Shown in pieces: positions 26,858-39,467 of a stretch of DNA of 64,000 nt. The translations under genes were made by a program, and so were the position numbers. The notes under the pieces were generated by a model. The model made no database searches. It had not been told where the DNA came from and saw only the letters and a list, made by a program, of their open reading frames with translations. Source of the DNA: Octopus sinensis (taxonomy: Eukaryota); contig NC_043006.1 in NCBI RefSeq assembly GCF_006345805.1, forward strand, positions 99,386,001 through 99,450,000. The letters are read 5' to 3'. Position 1 is the stretch's first letter. Each line of letters opens with the position of its first letter.

Positions 26858-27270
26858 GGATCTTTTCGGTTTGAACGCCAGTTTATTTTTAAATAATCTC
26901 CACGTAACTAAACACTTTTAAACTTCGTATACTGGTAGAATGTGTTTATAAAACACATTTCTCTTGGCTTTATTGAGAACATTCTATAGTTTTTCTGCAA
27001 TTTCTGCAATTTCAACCATTCAATGACGTCTATTGAGGTGAAAACATTATGTGCCGTATGAATATGTCCCCCGTTTAAGAAACAGATTGGGTTTAGTTAC
27101 ATTTCTGAAGAAAAAAAGATAATCTTCCCCCCACTACTAACCCTAACCCTAACTAACCCTAGCCCTAAAACAGATTGAAATGCAATAGATCGATACTTGG
27201 GTCATAATTATGAGTGAAAATTTCATATGACACCGCTAGAAAAAAACTGCCGCTCAAACCGAAAAGATCC
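26858..27270. mobile_element. 413-bp MITE with ~27-bp TIRs and an 8-bp TSD
   Basis: Left TIR ggatcttttcggtttgaacgccagttt, right TIR reverse complement ggatcttttcggtttgagcggcagttt; aataaatt at 26850-26857 and 27271-27278; internal (TAACCC)-like repeats at 27137-27168. Confidence 0.85.
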
Positions 27271-27392
27271 AATAAATTTATATATAACTAGCTGGACCTA
27301 TCAAAAAATAATAGAAAATAATTGAAGAATGAAAGTAACTGTAAATTGTGTGCTGGTGCCATGAGAAATGTTCCTATATTGTAAGAGTTACA

Positions 27393-28216
27393 GGCGGTGA
27401 GCTGGCAGAAAAGTTAGCATGGAGGGTGAAAAGCTTAGCGGTATTTCGTCTACCGGTGAGCTGGCAGAAACTTTAGCACGCCGGGTGAAATGCGTAGCCG
27501 TATTTCGTTTGTCGTTACGTTCTGAGTTCAAATTCCGCCGAGGTTGACTTTGCCTTTCATCCTTTCAGGGTCGATTAAATAAGTACCAGCTACGCACTGG
27601 GGTCGATGTAATCGACTTAATTCGTCTGTTTGTCCTTGTTTGTCCTCTCTGTGTTAAGGCCCTTGTGAGTAGTAAAGAAATAGGTATTTCGTCTACCGTT
27701 ACGTTCTGAGTCCAAATTCCGCCGAGGTCGACCTTTCTTTTCATCCTTTCGGGGTCGATGAAATAAGTACCAGTTATGCACTGGGTTTGATATAATCCAC
27801 TTATTCCGTTTGTCTGTCCTTGCTTTCCTCTCGGTGTTTCGCCCCTTGTATTACGTCTGCCGCTACGTTCTGAGTTCAAAATCCGCCGAGGTCGATTTGG
27901 CCTTTCATCATTTCGGAGTCGATAAATTAAGTACCAGTTACGAACTGTGGTCAATACAATCGATTTAATCCGTTTGTCTGTCCATGTTTATCCCCTCTGT
28001 GTGTAGCCCCTTGTAGGCAGTAAAGAAATGGATATTTCGTCTGTCTTTACGTTCGAAGTTCAAATCCGCCGTGGTCGACTTTTCCTTTCATCCTTTCGGA
28101 ATCGATAAATTGAGTACCAGTTATGCACTGGAGTCGATGTAAGTGACTTAATCCTTTTGTCTGTCCTTGTTTGATCCCTCTATATTTAACCCCTTGTGAG
28201 CAATGAAGAAATAAGC
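27393..28216 (+). repeat. Second family A SINE tandem array (duplicated head plus 4 body monomers)
   Basis: Heads at 27393 and ~27454; monomers joined at gg(t/a)tatttcg; contains the diagnostic B monomer at 27688-27851. Confidence 0.9.
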
Positions 28217-28224
28217 AATAATAA

Positions 28225-28400
28225 TCGTCAGCAGTCCGGGCGAAATAGTGGTATTTCGTCTGTCTTTCAGTTCAAATTCTGACAAGGTGGATTTTGCCTT
28301 TTATCCCTTCGGGGCCGATAAATTAAGTACCAGTTGCGTAATGGAGTCGATTGTCTGGGCCCCTCCTCCGGAAAATTTCAGGACTTCTGCTTATGATAGA
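28225..28400 (+). mobile_element. Older family A SINE monomer (short tail)
   Basis: ccgggcgaaatagtggtatttcg..agttcaaattc..cccctcctccggaaaatttcagg. Confidence 0.7.
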
Positions 28401-28503
28401 AACGTATTTTGCGACAGTTACTGAATGTAGAATGAAGTGTATAACCGATAACTCTATAACGCAACCTAAATATCTCAGTTATGCAAACGTAAACAGAGTT
28501 TTA

Positions 28504-28666
28504 CGCAGGAGAGTGGCTGAGTGGTAAGTAGCTTGCTAACCAACCACATGGTTCCGGGTTCAGTCCCACTGCGTGGCACTTTGGGCAAGTGTCTTCTACT
28601 ATAACCTCGGGCCGACCGATGCCTTGTGAGTGGATTTGGTAGACGGAAACTGAAAGAAGCCTGTCG

Positions 28667-28710
<44 letters not shown>

Positions 28711-28927
28711 TGTTTGCGTATCTGTGTTTGTCACCCTAGCATTGCTTGACAACCGATGCTGGTGTGTTTACGTCCCCGTCACTTAGCGGTTCAGCAAAAG
28801 AAACTGATAGAATAAGTACTGGGCTTACAAAGAATAAGTCCCGGGGATCGATTTGCTCGATTAAAAAATGCGGTGCTCCAGCATGGCCACGGTCAAATGA
28901 CTGAAACAAGTAAAAGAGTAAAAGAGA
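28504..28927 (+). mobile_element. Full-length CORE-type SINE family B
   Basis: Head cgcaggagagtggctgagtggtaag, CORE-like tttgggcaagtgtctt, internal (TA)(TG) tract, tail gactgaaacaagtaaaagagtaaaagag. Confidence 0.92.
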
Positions 28928-29039
28928 ATTATTATTTAGCCTTAAAATACCTTGTACACATTCAGAGAACCCTCTTGATTTATTGGTTCAGAATGTTTCC
29001 ATGCATTCTTTCATTATTTTTACTTTATTCAGGAATTTC

Positions 29040-29215
29040 ACGGTGGCCATAATGGAGCACCACACTTTAGTAGAAGAAATTGATCCCTGAACTTATTCTC
29101 AGTAAGCCTGGTGTTTCGTCTATCAGTCTCTTCTGCTGAACACCTAGTTTACAGGGACGCAAACACACTAACATCGGTTGTCAAGCATTGGTGGTGGCGC
29201 GACACACAAAGACAC
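29040..29215 (-). mobile_element. 3' half of a family B SINE
   Basis: ggccataatggagcaccac..gacgcaaacacactaacatcggttgtcaagc. Confidence 0.7.
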
Positions 29216-29279
29216 AAACATACCCACTTATAAATATATAAATATATACATATATATATACATATATATATGTAAACAC

Positions 29280-29328
<49 letters not shown>

Positions 29329-29367
29329 TATATACACATATATATATACATATACATATACATATAC

Positions 29368-29427
<60 letters not shown>

Positions 29428-29439
29428 TATATATATAGT

Positions 29440-29606
29440 TAATCTAAACATGAAAACACAACAACGCGAGGACGTGGAACATGTGTAGTATTATTGGACG
29501 CTCGGGAAAGAAGGAAAGAAGGAGGGTCTAACGTTGCGAGCGGAGCTCTTCGTCAGAAACATAGGAAAATGAAAGATCCAAAGAAGGGAAGACGGAGGGA
29601 AAAAAT
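29440..29606 (-). mobile_element. Penelope-like pseudo-LTR fragment carrying a hammerhead motif
   Basis: Pyrimidine-rich minus-strand segment containing ctgacgaagagctccgctcgcaacgtt; truncates the adjacent BEL gag relic. Confidence 0.6.
29526..29560 (-). ncRNA. Minimal type I hammerhead ribozyme with a mutated core (GAAA to GCAA)
   Basis: Minus strand gttt CTGACGA a GAGC tcc GCTC gcaa c GTT agac: stem I gttt/agac, stem II GAGC/GCTC, palindromic ACGT stem III. Confidence 0.7.
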
Positions 29607-29619
29607 ACATATATATATT

Positions 29620-30420
29620 TACACACACACGCATACAGATTATTGAGGATTTCTTCGGTTACCAAATGGGAAGTGCCAAATCTATTCTCGTGAATAGCAA
29701 GTGCGTGTTGATATCCCGGCTCACCACTGATTAAGAGACAGCCCGTGGTGGCATGCATTTCTTGCTGGGCCTTCTGTATACTGAATGAAACGCGTCAGTT
29801 TGGAATCATATTCAACGCAAATCGAATGAACTTTGAGTTGAAACGATTTAATAAATCGAAAGTTCATGACTGGGTCGCCCTTCAAGGCTTCCAACACTAC
29901 TTTTGGCATTTGTAAGTTTGCAAGCATCTTTTCGACTTCAACATGGGGATTTTCAACCACACTTTGTAAAGTTTTGGGCTTTATATCTTTGGATGCATTT
30001 TTTACCGTGTATAAAATATTTACATAATCGATTCGCATATAGTAGAAAGTTTTCGCTTTCGTCAACCTCATTATCATTTAGTGTTACATGAAAGGTGTTA
30101 TGCGCCTCAGGGAATCTTTTGAATAGGTGTTTTATTTTTTAATTGCTCGTCAAGAACATCTAAAGCGTCTTCTGCAATGCACTGTTTCAAGACATTTATT
30201 TCAAATGTCAGGGCTCTCACACAATGTCCTTCCTTTTTCGAGATCCGCCATTATAGAGCTTATGCTATTTACATGAATCACTGTCACAACTTTACTTTTC
30301 AACTCGTTTTCAATAACCAGGGAGTCCTATGCGAACCTTTTTCTACTGTTGCTGCTTCGTGTAGAAATCTAGACAAGCGGGATCACAATCACCACCGTAA
30401 TAACAAATACGAAAAATGGT
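29620..30420 (-). mobile_element. Degenerate BEL/Pao LTR-retrotransposon gag (DUF1759-like)
   Basis: LQMPKVVLEALKGDPVMNFRFIKSFQLKVHS..DSKLTRFIQYTEGPARNA, then after a frameshift TGCLLISGEPGYQHALAIHENRFG, matching the BEL gag pattern F.GDP..Y..F...F...KL..L.QYT.G.A..AI..C....GY..A..IL..RFG. Confidence 0.8.
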
Positions 30421-31069
30421 TTAAATTTTTTGGAGCCATTTATTTTCTACTCGTACGTAACATCGTGCAGGTGTACCGCGTTTATATAAAAATGTATGGC
30501 AAGAGTACGGTAGACTACAAAATAAGAAAGATTCAAAATAAGACAAACTTAGTTTTAAAAATTATTTGAACAGGGTTTCACTGGTATTTGACTTCCTGAT
30601 CTACATCTTTCTTGTAACAAAGTTTGATTACAAAATACATTCAACATGTTTAATATGAATGACACACGACACACGCGGGCGAAAAGTACCGAGCGAGAAA
30701 AAAGTGTTGGATATACTGAAACGCTTTCACCCATGGATATACAATTATCTACACATCGGTATATGTCGCAGATTAATGTAAGTAGTTCAACTCGATATAT
30801 TTAGATTATCTTACAAACTTTTTGTCAGCTCATCATTCTAGAAGCAGCAGAAAATTGGTCACACTGATACACAGCCACGTTCGCAGTAACATGAAATAAC
30901 CAAAGAAGAATACTCAGGGATGACAGCAGGTTTTCTGAGATATAGACGGACAGAAAAGGGACCTCATCCCTTTTTCTGCAAACAAAACAACCTCAATCCC
31001 AGATACAACCAACTTACTCTCTTGCTCATATTATTGGTCTTGCGCTAAAATTTGAGACCAATATTTACG

Positions 31070-31270
31070 GTGACGAGCTGGCAGAAACATTTCGCGGTGG
31101 ACGAATGTGATATTTCGACAGTCTTTATATTCTTAGTTCAATTTCCAACTTGCTTTCATTCATTTGAGGTCGATAAAATAAGTACAATTGAACACTAGTG
31201 TCAATTTAATCGACGTATCCCCTTCGCCTAAATTTTTGGCCTCCTTCCACATGTTGAAACCGTTATTATT
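31070..31270 (+). mobile_element. Family A SINE monomer with short tail and (ATT)n end
   Basis: cggtgacgagctggcagaaacatt..ttagttcaatttcc..gtcgataaaataagtac..ccccttcgcc..gttattattatt. Confidence 0.75.
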
Positions 31271-32111
31271 ATTTTTTTTTATTCTTAACACTATTATCCC
31301 TTCGTAACACAGTGTAGGTGATTATGTACCAGAGTCTTTAGTAATCTGTCAAGTCACAACAAGGACCTCAGACAGATAATACTTTCCTTCACATGTACGC
31401 TGTGCCCAATAAGGTTGCTTTTTGCTAGACATCAATCTTGCATGGACTTTCCAGTTGCCTTAGGAAATTTTGAAGTTTCAATGGGATAGGGCACTACGCT
31501 CCGATCACTACTGGTATCACTTTTACTTCATCCTCTCGCATTCCATACAGTCTTGCCATTTCCACCTTCATTTCAGAGTAGTTGGTGACTTTTTCAATCT
31601 CGTTAAGCTACATCACTGATCTAACAGTGTTGTTTCCCTCTCTTTCAATATGATATGTGGCTGACGGTGTTCGATTACACGATCCGTTTGAAAATCATAG
31701 TCCCAGAGTATCGTTACCTTTCCATCTTCCTGCATTACTGTACTTGGTACATGCTCATACCAGTTCTCTGTTACATCATACTGGTATTTATAGCATAAGG
31801 ACCAATTAAGATACACACACAATTTATAGGGGTGACGCTTGTATTCTTTTTGAGCAAGGCTTTCATATCCACTTACCAAGTGGGTCACATTTTTCCCACT
31901 CTTTCGACATGTTTGTGTGCTAGAAGTTTTATAGATTCTATACGTCACTGAATTGGCAGCGGGAGCTTGTACAGCAATGATCAGGCTTGCAGTTTTCTTT
32001 TCTCTTCTCCTCAGCTCCTTAGTTAAACTCTTTCTTGCCCATCAGTCGTTGCACCAATATCTTGCGCGGCATATTACAACAGGTCTTCATCACTATTTAT
32101 TAAATACTCGG
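31262..32111 (-). mobile_element. R4/Dong-like LINE, 3' part (zinc knuckle, restriction-like endonuclease, 3' UTR, AAT-rich tail)
   Basis: ORF 31613-31948 CRKSGKNVTHLVSGYESLAQKEYKRH..NWYEHVP..VTILWD..QTDRVIEHRQPHI; C-terminal QKATLLGTA; degenerate (AAT)n tail at 31262-31283. Confidence 0.9.
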
Positions 32112-33511
32112 TAATGTGGTCCATAAAAGTGATGCAATGTTGATAGGAACTATCAAGACAGAATTACAAGGAGGAAAGAAACAAAGAAATATTGTCATAA
32201 GTACGGGTGATGTGAAAGAACAAGTGGGTAAAGTGCCTAACTCGAAAGCCCCCGGACCAAACGGGGTTCATGGCTTCTGGCTGAAGAGATGTCCTGCCGT
32301 GCATAAAAGATGAACATACCAAGTGAATGTGTGTGCCCAGAAAGGAACTGTCCCCTTGTGGAGAGTGACTCGGATGAAAACACTTGTAATGAAAAATAGA
32401 AGAAAGGGGAATACTATGGGAAATTCCTATCGCATAGCATGCCTAAACATAATCTGGAAGATACTGGAATAGGTGCGGCTAAGACACTTTTTTGCCACAG
32501 GAAGAAATACTACCAAGGGAACACAGAAGATGTAGGAAGACTTCTCAGGGCACCAAGTATCATCTGGTCTTCGATAAAATATTTTTGAGGAATTGTAAAA
32601 TCATCGTACAAACATGTCTATGGCTTGGATTGAATTTGGGAAGGCATATGATATGATGCATCATTCTTGGATCCTTGAATGTCTGCAGATGTTTGGTGTT
32701 GCTGACAACATCACACATTTTCTGATGTAGAGCACGAAAGAGTGGAAAACCAAATTCTACTCAAGTAACGTATTCCTTGAAGAAGTTAATATTAAAAGGG
32801 GTGTCTTCCAAGGTGACTCGTTTTCTTCGTTACTATTTGATATTGTACACACACCTATAACAATGACACTTAAGAAAGTTAAGATGGGTTACCGATGTGG
32901 GTAGTAAGGCCCATCATTGAACCATATTCTGTTTATGAATGACCTGAAACTGTTTGGGAAATCTGAAAAATAGATACATTCCTTAACTAAAGCAGTCCAG
33001 ATATATGGTAGAGACATCGGTATGGAATTGGGGATTACCAAATGCTCAGTACTTACTATGTAAAGAGGGAAAAAAGCAAAACGCAGAGGAATGCGGTTAC
33101 TATCAGGAGTGACCATGGGTCAACCCGATGGTAGTGAATATAGATATTTAGGTATTCTGGAGTTGGATGACATTCTACACTGGAAAAATGAAAGGTCAAC
33201 TAGGCTAATCGAAAAAGAGTGAAGATGGTGTTGAAATCCAACCTGAAGCCAAAAGTTCGATTACCACTAAAAATATCTGGGCAGTTGTGGTGGTCAGATA
33301 TAGTGCGTCCATCCTCAAATGGAGTAAGGAGGAAATATCAACACTAGACAGAGGGACGAGAAAGTTGATGACGCTGCATGGTTGGGAGCAACACCCTAAA
33401 GCGAACGTAAACACACTGTACATAAAAAGAAAGAATGGTGGTCGAGGACTAATAAATATAGAACATTGTATAAGGAGTGAAAGGAGAACGCCTGCCGAGT
33501 ACTTGATAAAT
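32112..33511 (+). mobile_element. R4/Dong-like LINE, RT domain, inverted relative to its own 3' part
   Basis: VPNSKAPGPNGVHGFWLKR, IKRGVFQGDSFSSLLF, LFMNDLKLFG, YRYLGILELD, HPKANVNTLYIKRKNGGRGLINIE; frameshifted. Confidence 0.9.
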
Positions 33512-33518
33512 TATTATT

Positions 33519-34069
33519 GAGTGAGAGAGCAGTGCTTGCCATCAAAGTGACACGGGTAAAATATACGAAGCCCAATATACCTATCATGACTACACGTCTG
33601 ATAACGGTACACTAGACACATGCATCAGAACCATATGTGCGCGACATGGTGATCTCATATCAAGATAAACAGTACATGACCTTGCAGGTGGGGCCCAGTT
33701 AGAATTTTCTTCTGGTCGAGTAACCCGTCTCGTCCAAATAGTCCCTGAATAAGGGTTGTTTAAGGATGTTAAACGTAACACCCATGTCTCCAAAGGTGAA
33801 TTATTCAAACCCAAAGAATTCCTCTCAACACATGGCTATGATGCTCCCCCACTACTTCTGCTCATGATCAGAGATGCACATATCGTCAGCCACTAAGTGA
33901 CATACTCAACTGGTTATGGTCAAAAAACTGACAAGCAAATCTGTGGTATTGAGCAGAATATTTGCTGTAGCCCATCTTTTATACCAAGACAAAACAATGT
34001 ACATGATAACAATTCCAATCAGTTAAGATCAGATGCCATGAGAACCACTGTCTGGTACTATATCAGGGC
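33519..34069. repeat. ~550-bp interspersed repeat, copy 1 (unclassified, ATT-flanked)
   Basis: Roughly 90% identical by eye to 45983-46529 in the same orientation; ends tattatt|gagtgagagagcagtgc and tcagggc|attattat. Confidence 0.9.
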
Positions 34070-34299
34070 ATTATTATCATCGTTATTAAGGCGCTATTTC
34101 ATTATTATTATCATCGTTATTAAGGCGCTATTTCTTTCGTCGCTATATTCGTAGATGAAATTTTGCCGAGTTCGATCTTACTGTTCATACTTTCGGGATC
34201 AATAAAATAAGTACCAGTTCAACATTGGGGTCGATGTAATCGACTCATCCCCTCCCTTGAGACCATTATTTGAAAGCATTATTATACTATTTATTAGTG

Positions 34300-34334
34300 T
34301 TATCATCATTATTATTATTATTATTATTATTATA

Positions 34335-34379
<45 letters not shown>

Positions 34380-34402
34380 GTTATTATTATTATTATTATT
34401 AT

Positions 34403-34456
<54 letters not shown>

Positions 34457-34484
34457 AAGCAGTAGTAGTAGTAGTAGTAGTAGT

Positions 34485-34530
<46 letters not shown>

Positions 34531-34552
34531 CAGCAGCAGCAGCACTATTATG
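34300..34552. repeat. Compound (ATT)n-(AGT)n-(AGC)n microsatellite, preceded by a family A SINE 3' part at ~34150-34270
   Basis: Direct reading. Confidence 0.9.
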
Positions 34553-35400
34553 ATTGTTATTTCGAAAATCACGTACACAAATCATGCTTCAACATATACG
34601 CGTGCCATGCGTTCCTTTGAAAATATGCGCATGCCCATTAGTAAATTTTTGCATGCTTATTTGCCTAGTTCTTTGAAATTGCAGTATTTTTCTTGCATCC
34701 TGTATTCAACAGCTCCATAAACTTCTGTCGTCAAACTTGTAATGTGTTACCCGTTTGATATTTTGCAAATATATTCCGTATATTTAATGGTCATATGCTG
34801 AAGGAAAAAAAAGGCCTTACTTCTCTCGTAGCATGTTAAAAACAGTGCAACTTATATTTTCTCAACCCTTTTATATGCACGGTAGTACATTACCAAAACA
34901 TGGCAAAAAGAAAGAAAGCTAAAAGAACTTCTTTACGATGTGGATATTCTATGTATGCGCCGAAGTATGTGAATGTTTCTGATTCGACTCATTCAGGGAA
35001 TCTTTGTATTCTATGAACATTAAAGAACACAGGATATTCAGCGAAGGAAATAAATAATGAAAAATGTCAATGTTTTCTATTCCGTTTGAAACAAAAAATG
35101 ATTATAAATTATGATATACAACGCAACAGTTGAAATACTGCTACCTAAGTTCGTTTTGTAGTTCTATACATGTTTAATAATGCTTCAATAAGCGTAGATT
35201 TCGTTATCATTTATCATCATCCATACAAAGTTTGTGTGCATATGTCTGTGTATGGATGTATATAAAAACATGTATGTATGAATGTGTGACCCTTTGGGTG
35301 TGCGGATATGTATTATATATATTTTCATGTAAATGTGTTTGTCTGTATGAGTATACATAAACACACACACACACACACATACTCACACACACTCATATAT

Positions 35401-35467
<67 letters not shown>

Positions 35468-35475
35468 TATATATA

Positions 35476-35521
<46 letters not shown>

Positions 35522-36151
35522 CGGAATAACAGAAGATGCTGATTCAAAGAATTGTGCGGACATCAGAAGTTCACCTTACGGATTCGGCTGTTCTTATACT
35601 TAGTAATCTATTATATCAAGCCAAACGTATTTATACAAACAAGTACTCATTACATCTGCTATACAGAAAGTAAAACTACATGTAGATAATTGTCAAAGGC
35701 TGCTTCACTAAATATACATTCTCACCTCATGCCTCCTGAATTAATGCTTTGTTTGTGTGTGTGTGTGTGTGTGTGTGTTTGTGTGCGCGTGTGTTAGTGT
35801 GTATGTTTGTGTGTGCGTGCGTGTTTTAATATTTCGCTTACGCAGTAGAAGACTAATAACCTGGGGTAGAACTCAGCTACCCGGCCACTGCATGTTATAG
35901 CATAAACAGCTGATTGAACTTCGTGAGACATCCATTGTTTTTGCTGTGTCATCTCTTTTTATCTATCTATCCACACACACACACACATACACACACACAC
36001 ACATATATTATATATATATATATGTAATATAATCAATAATAATGAAGGGTAAACTTAATTAATTAATACTTATTAATTTCACCAAGTCGTTTCTGCATGT
36101 TACAAGAACCATTATTGTATATGTAATATATATATACATATACTACTTGTA

Positions 36152-36192
<41 letters not shown>

Positions 36193-36309
36193 ACACACAC
36201 ACACACGTATATATATGAAAAGTATTATGAGAACGATTGTTCCAGTTGCTTTGATCAATAGAATAATCAGCCGGTGAACTTAAGACGCATATGGTTCAGC
36301 ATTCCACTA

Positions 36310-36515
36310 ACACGCATACCACTAACATAGTTCCCGGGAAAATTCAGCGTCACACACGACGCGACAAGGCCATCACTTTGAAATACAGGTACTATTAGGT
36401 TTTTGCCCGCTGGGCAGACTGTAGTAACATCACATGAGGTGTGTCACTGGCACGAATCGAACTCACGAGCTTACTGTCCTAAGCCGAATCCGCTAATTGT
36501 TAAATCAGTGCAAAG
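36310..36515 (-). mobile_element. Diverged tRNA-headed SINE sharing its 3' tail with the 15792 SINE
   Basis: acatagttcccgggaaaattcagcgtcac..gacaaggcc..tttgaaatacaggtac matches the reverse complement of 15990-16065; B box gagttcgattc on the minus strand. Confidence 0.55.
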
Positions 36516-36765
36516 CAAATATCTTTTCTGAAGGCTCATCTATCCTGAGGTTGATTTTACCTCAGTTTATTCAGATTTCATCGCAAGGTTCATTATACCA
36601 CAGAGAACGTGAGGCGTAAATGCTTAAAACTGATGAACGCAATTAAAGAATTTCATAAACATAAATTTGTCCTGTATGTAACGCAGACATTGCTTATTCC
36701 GAATGGAAATATTAATTGAATTTGAAAGCTTCAAAGATTATGCAAGAGACCAAATGGAGTATCTG

Positions 36766-36812
<47 letters not shown>

Positions 36813-39418
36813 TATACATCATAGATTTTCGTATCTTAGGTGCCAGAACTCAAACAGCAATGCTATTATACAGAGAAATAATTGTTTTCTGTAATTACAA
36901 ATATAGAGCCACTATGGGAAATATTTTAACAAATTGATACTGTGTAACTACGTAAACAGACCTGACATAGTGTATCAGGTCGCATTTACTTTAAAAAAGA
37001 AATAATAATTTATGTGTATCCAAAGTTAATATAACAGTTAAGGTGATTATCTTATTCAGGACGAATTATTATAATTAGGGTGGCGAGCATGAATAATCGT
37101 TATTACCTGAAAGAAAATGCTTGGCAGCATTTGTTCTGAGATCAAATTCCGAAAAGGCCGACTTTACCTTTCATCATTTCGGAGTCTATAAGATAAATAC
37201 CAGTTGAACAATGGGGTAGATGCAATCACTTTACTCCCCACCTCCGTATTTGCTGGCTCATAATAATAATAATGACATGAACCATGCAACACCATATTCT
37301 GTCAATCTCAATGTGCATTTCTAGAAAATTTACAGTCACTTTGGTGACAAAGGCGTATACGACACATGCCAATAAGTATATATTTTTTTTTATTTAAGAA
37401 GACCTAGTGCTAGCCTAAAATTCTTGATTACGTTGTCGGTCTGTACATTTATGTTTCGGAGTATCTTCACTTTATCCTTCACGAGGAACTTACTCGATGT
37501 TTGTCAGTGCAATCGTTCTACATACTGGAAGTTGACGTTTTGGCAACGTCCCTATTAAAGAATAACTGAAATCTTCCTAACCTCATTTTTTATACCTTTT
37601 TGTTTATTTTCCAGTATATTGTACGAATTTAGAGAACTCATTTATTATATATTCTAATATTTCTTCCTATTATAACAGTATCTACATTGTCCACCGATGT
37701 TACCTTTTTCAATCAATTTCCTAATGTTCCTTGGCTTAAGGATTTGTGTGCTTCTATTATCAGCCTACTGTTTCCCTTTTCAACGCACCTCTCCCAAGAC
37801 ATTCCTATGTTTTGCTGTTGCGATCGCTCTCTCTGCTCCTATACAACTAACACTGCAGGACCTTTCCTTCAACCTACCTAGCGTCTCTTGACGTAATTCG
37901 TCTTCCCTCATTAATTGACTCAGCATAGACACTACTACTACTGCTTTCACTAGTTATTTATTACTTGTCACTCCGTAGCATAAAGTTCAGGAATATGACA
38001 AGCTACTGAATACAATGAACGAAACGAAATGTACGCAGATAAAATCGAAGGGGACAACATTAAGGCAAGAGAGGAATTTCTTAGCGAAATATATAGCAGA
38101 ACCCAGAATAATCCTTCTAATTAGAATACATGTAGAGAAACAGTATGAAAGAAAGTGCCCAGGAAATACATGAAATCATTAACTACCAACGTTTTGAAGA
38201 ATTTGAAGGAACCAACACCCTATGGAGAAACTTCTAGGATCGCTGCAGGCGCGTATGATGAGATACTCATTAAACATATGTACTGATTGTTTGTTGACTG
38301 AAGAAAAAATTACACAAATATCGGTTGACGTGATACATACAAACACACACACACAGACACACCCCGTACACACATACACAGACACGCACACACACACACA
38401 CACACACACACGTATATACGCGTGTTTAGTAGAGAAAATAATTTATGCTATAATTTATGTATGAATAGATTACTTTATAAAATATACTTATTTAATTAAG
38501 GTTGTAATTTTCATGAAAAAAATGTGTGCGTGAGCGAGTGTTTGTATGCGTGTTTCTGCAGATGTATGTAGAGATGTTCATATATATTCACATACACTTA
38601 CACAAAAACGCAAACAAACACATGCGCACACGAACATACACACACAAAACGCATATACACACACGCATATTGCATATAATAACATACACAATCATGTGTT
38701 TCATTTGCGTCTCTGATAGTGTGCTTGGAATTTTGTGTATTCAGTATGCGCATATAAATATATTATATAAGCACTCTGAAGTTATCTTTTCCTAAAACTC
38801 TTCACTTATTATCACTTACTGAACTATGATGTAACTAACCATAACATAAAACAACTTACTGAATATAAGACACGAATATAGTGAACCTCTCAGTGAATTA
38901 TTACAACTCTTTAGAACATAACCCATCGCCATTATCTTTCTTTTTATCCGCCAAAAAAATTTCATACATTTTATCTCAGCATATTAAAGCAAACAGCACT
39001 CCATTTATCAATTCGATTTTCATGGTTGCTGTCCAACCAGAAATAGATTGCTGCGCAGATTTTTATCACAAAAATAATAGTGTTTATTTTATCACCTTAA
39101 TACTGAAGGGCATGGGGTCAAGGTAAAGTAGGAAACAATGAGTTATACATATACCACCCATATATAGCCAGAGAGAACTTTGAGATAAATAGGTACATGC
39201 ATACTTCCATTCATATATGAATAGATAGGAAGAGTAGCATACATGTGTATATACATACGCACATTTATATATACGTATATATATATGGGGAGAAAGGAAG
39301 AGATACATAAACATATAAATACATATATATATGGGTATGTGTGTGAGTGTTTGTGTGTGTATGTATTTATGTATGTATGTGTGTATGTGTGTGTGTGTGT
39401 GTGTCTGTGTATGTGTGT

Positions 39419-39467
<49 letters not shown>

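Noticed and set aside
37680-37900. Possible LINE endonuclease relic
   Set aside because: Translation too degraded to assign.
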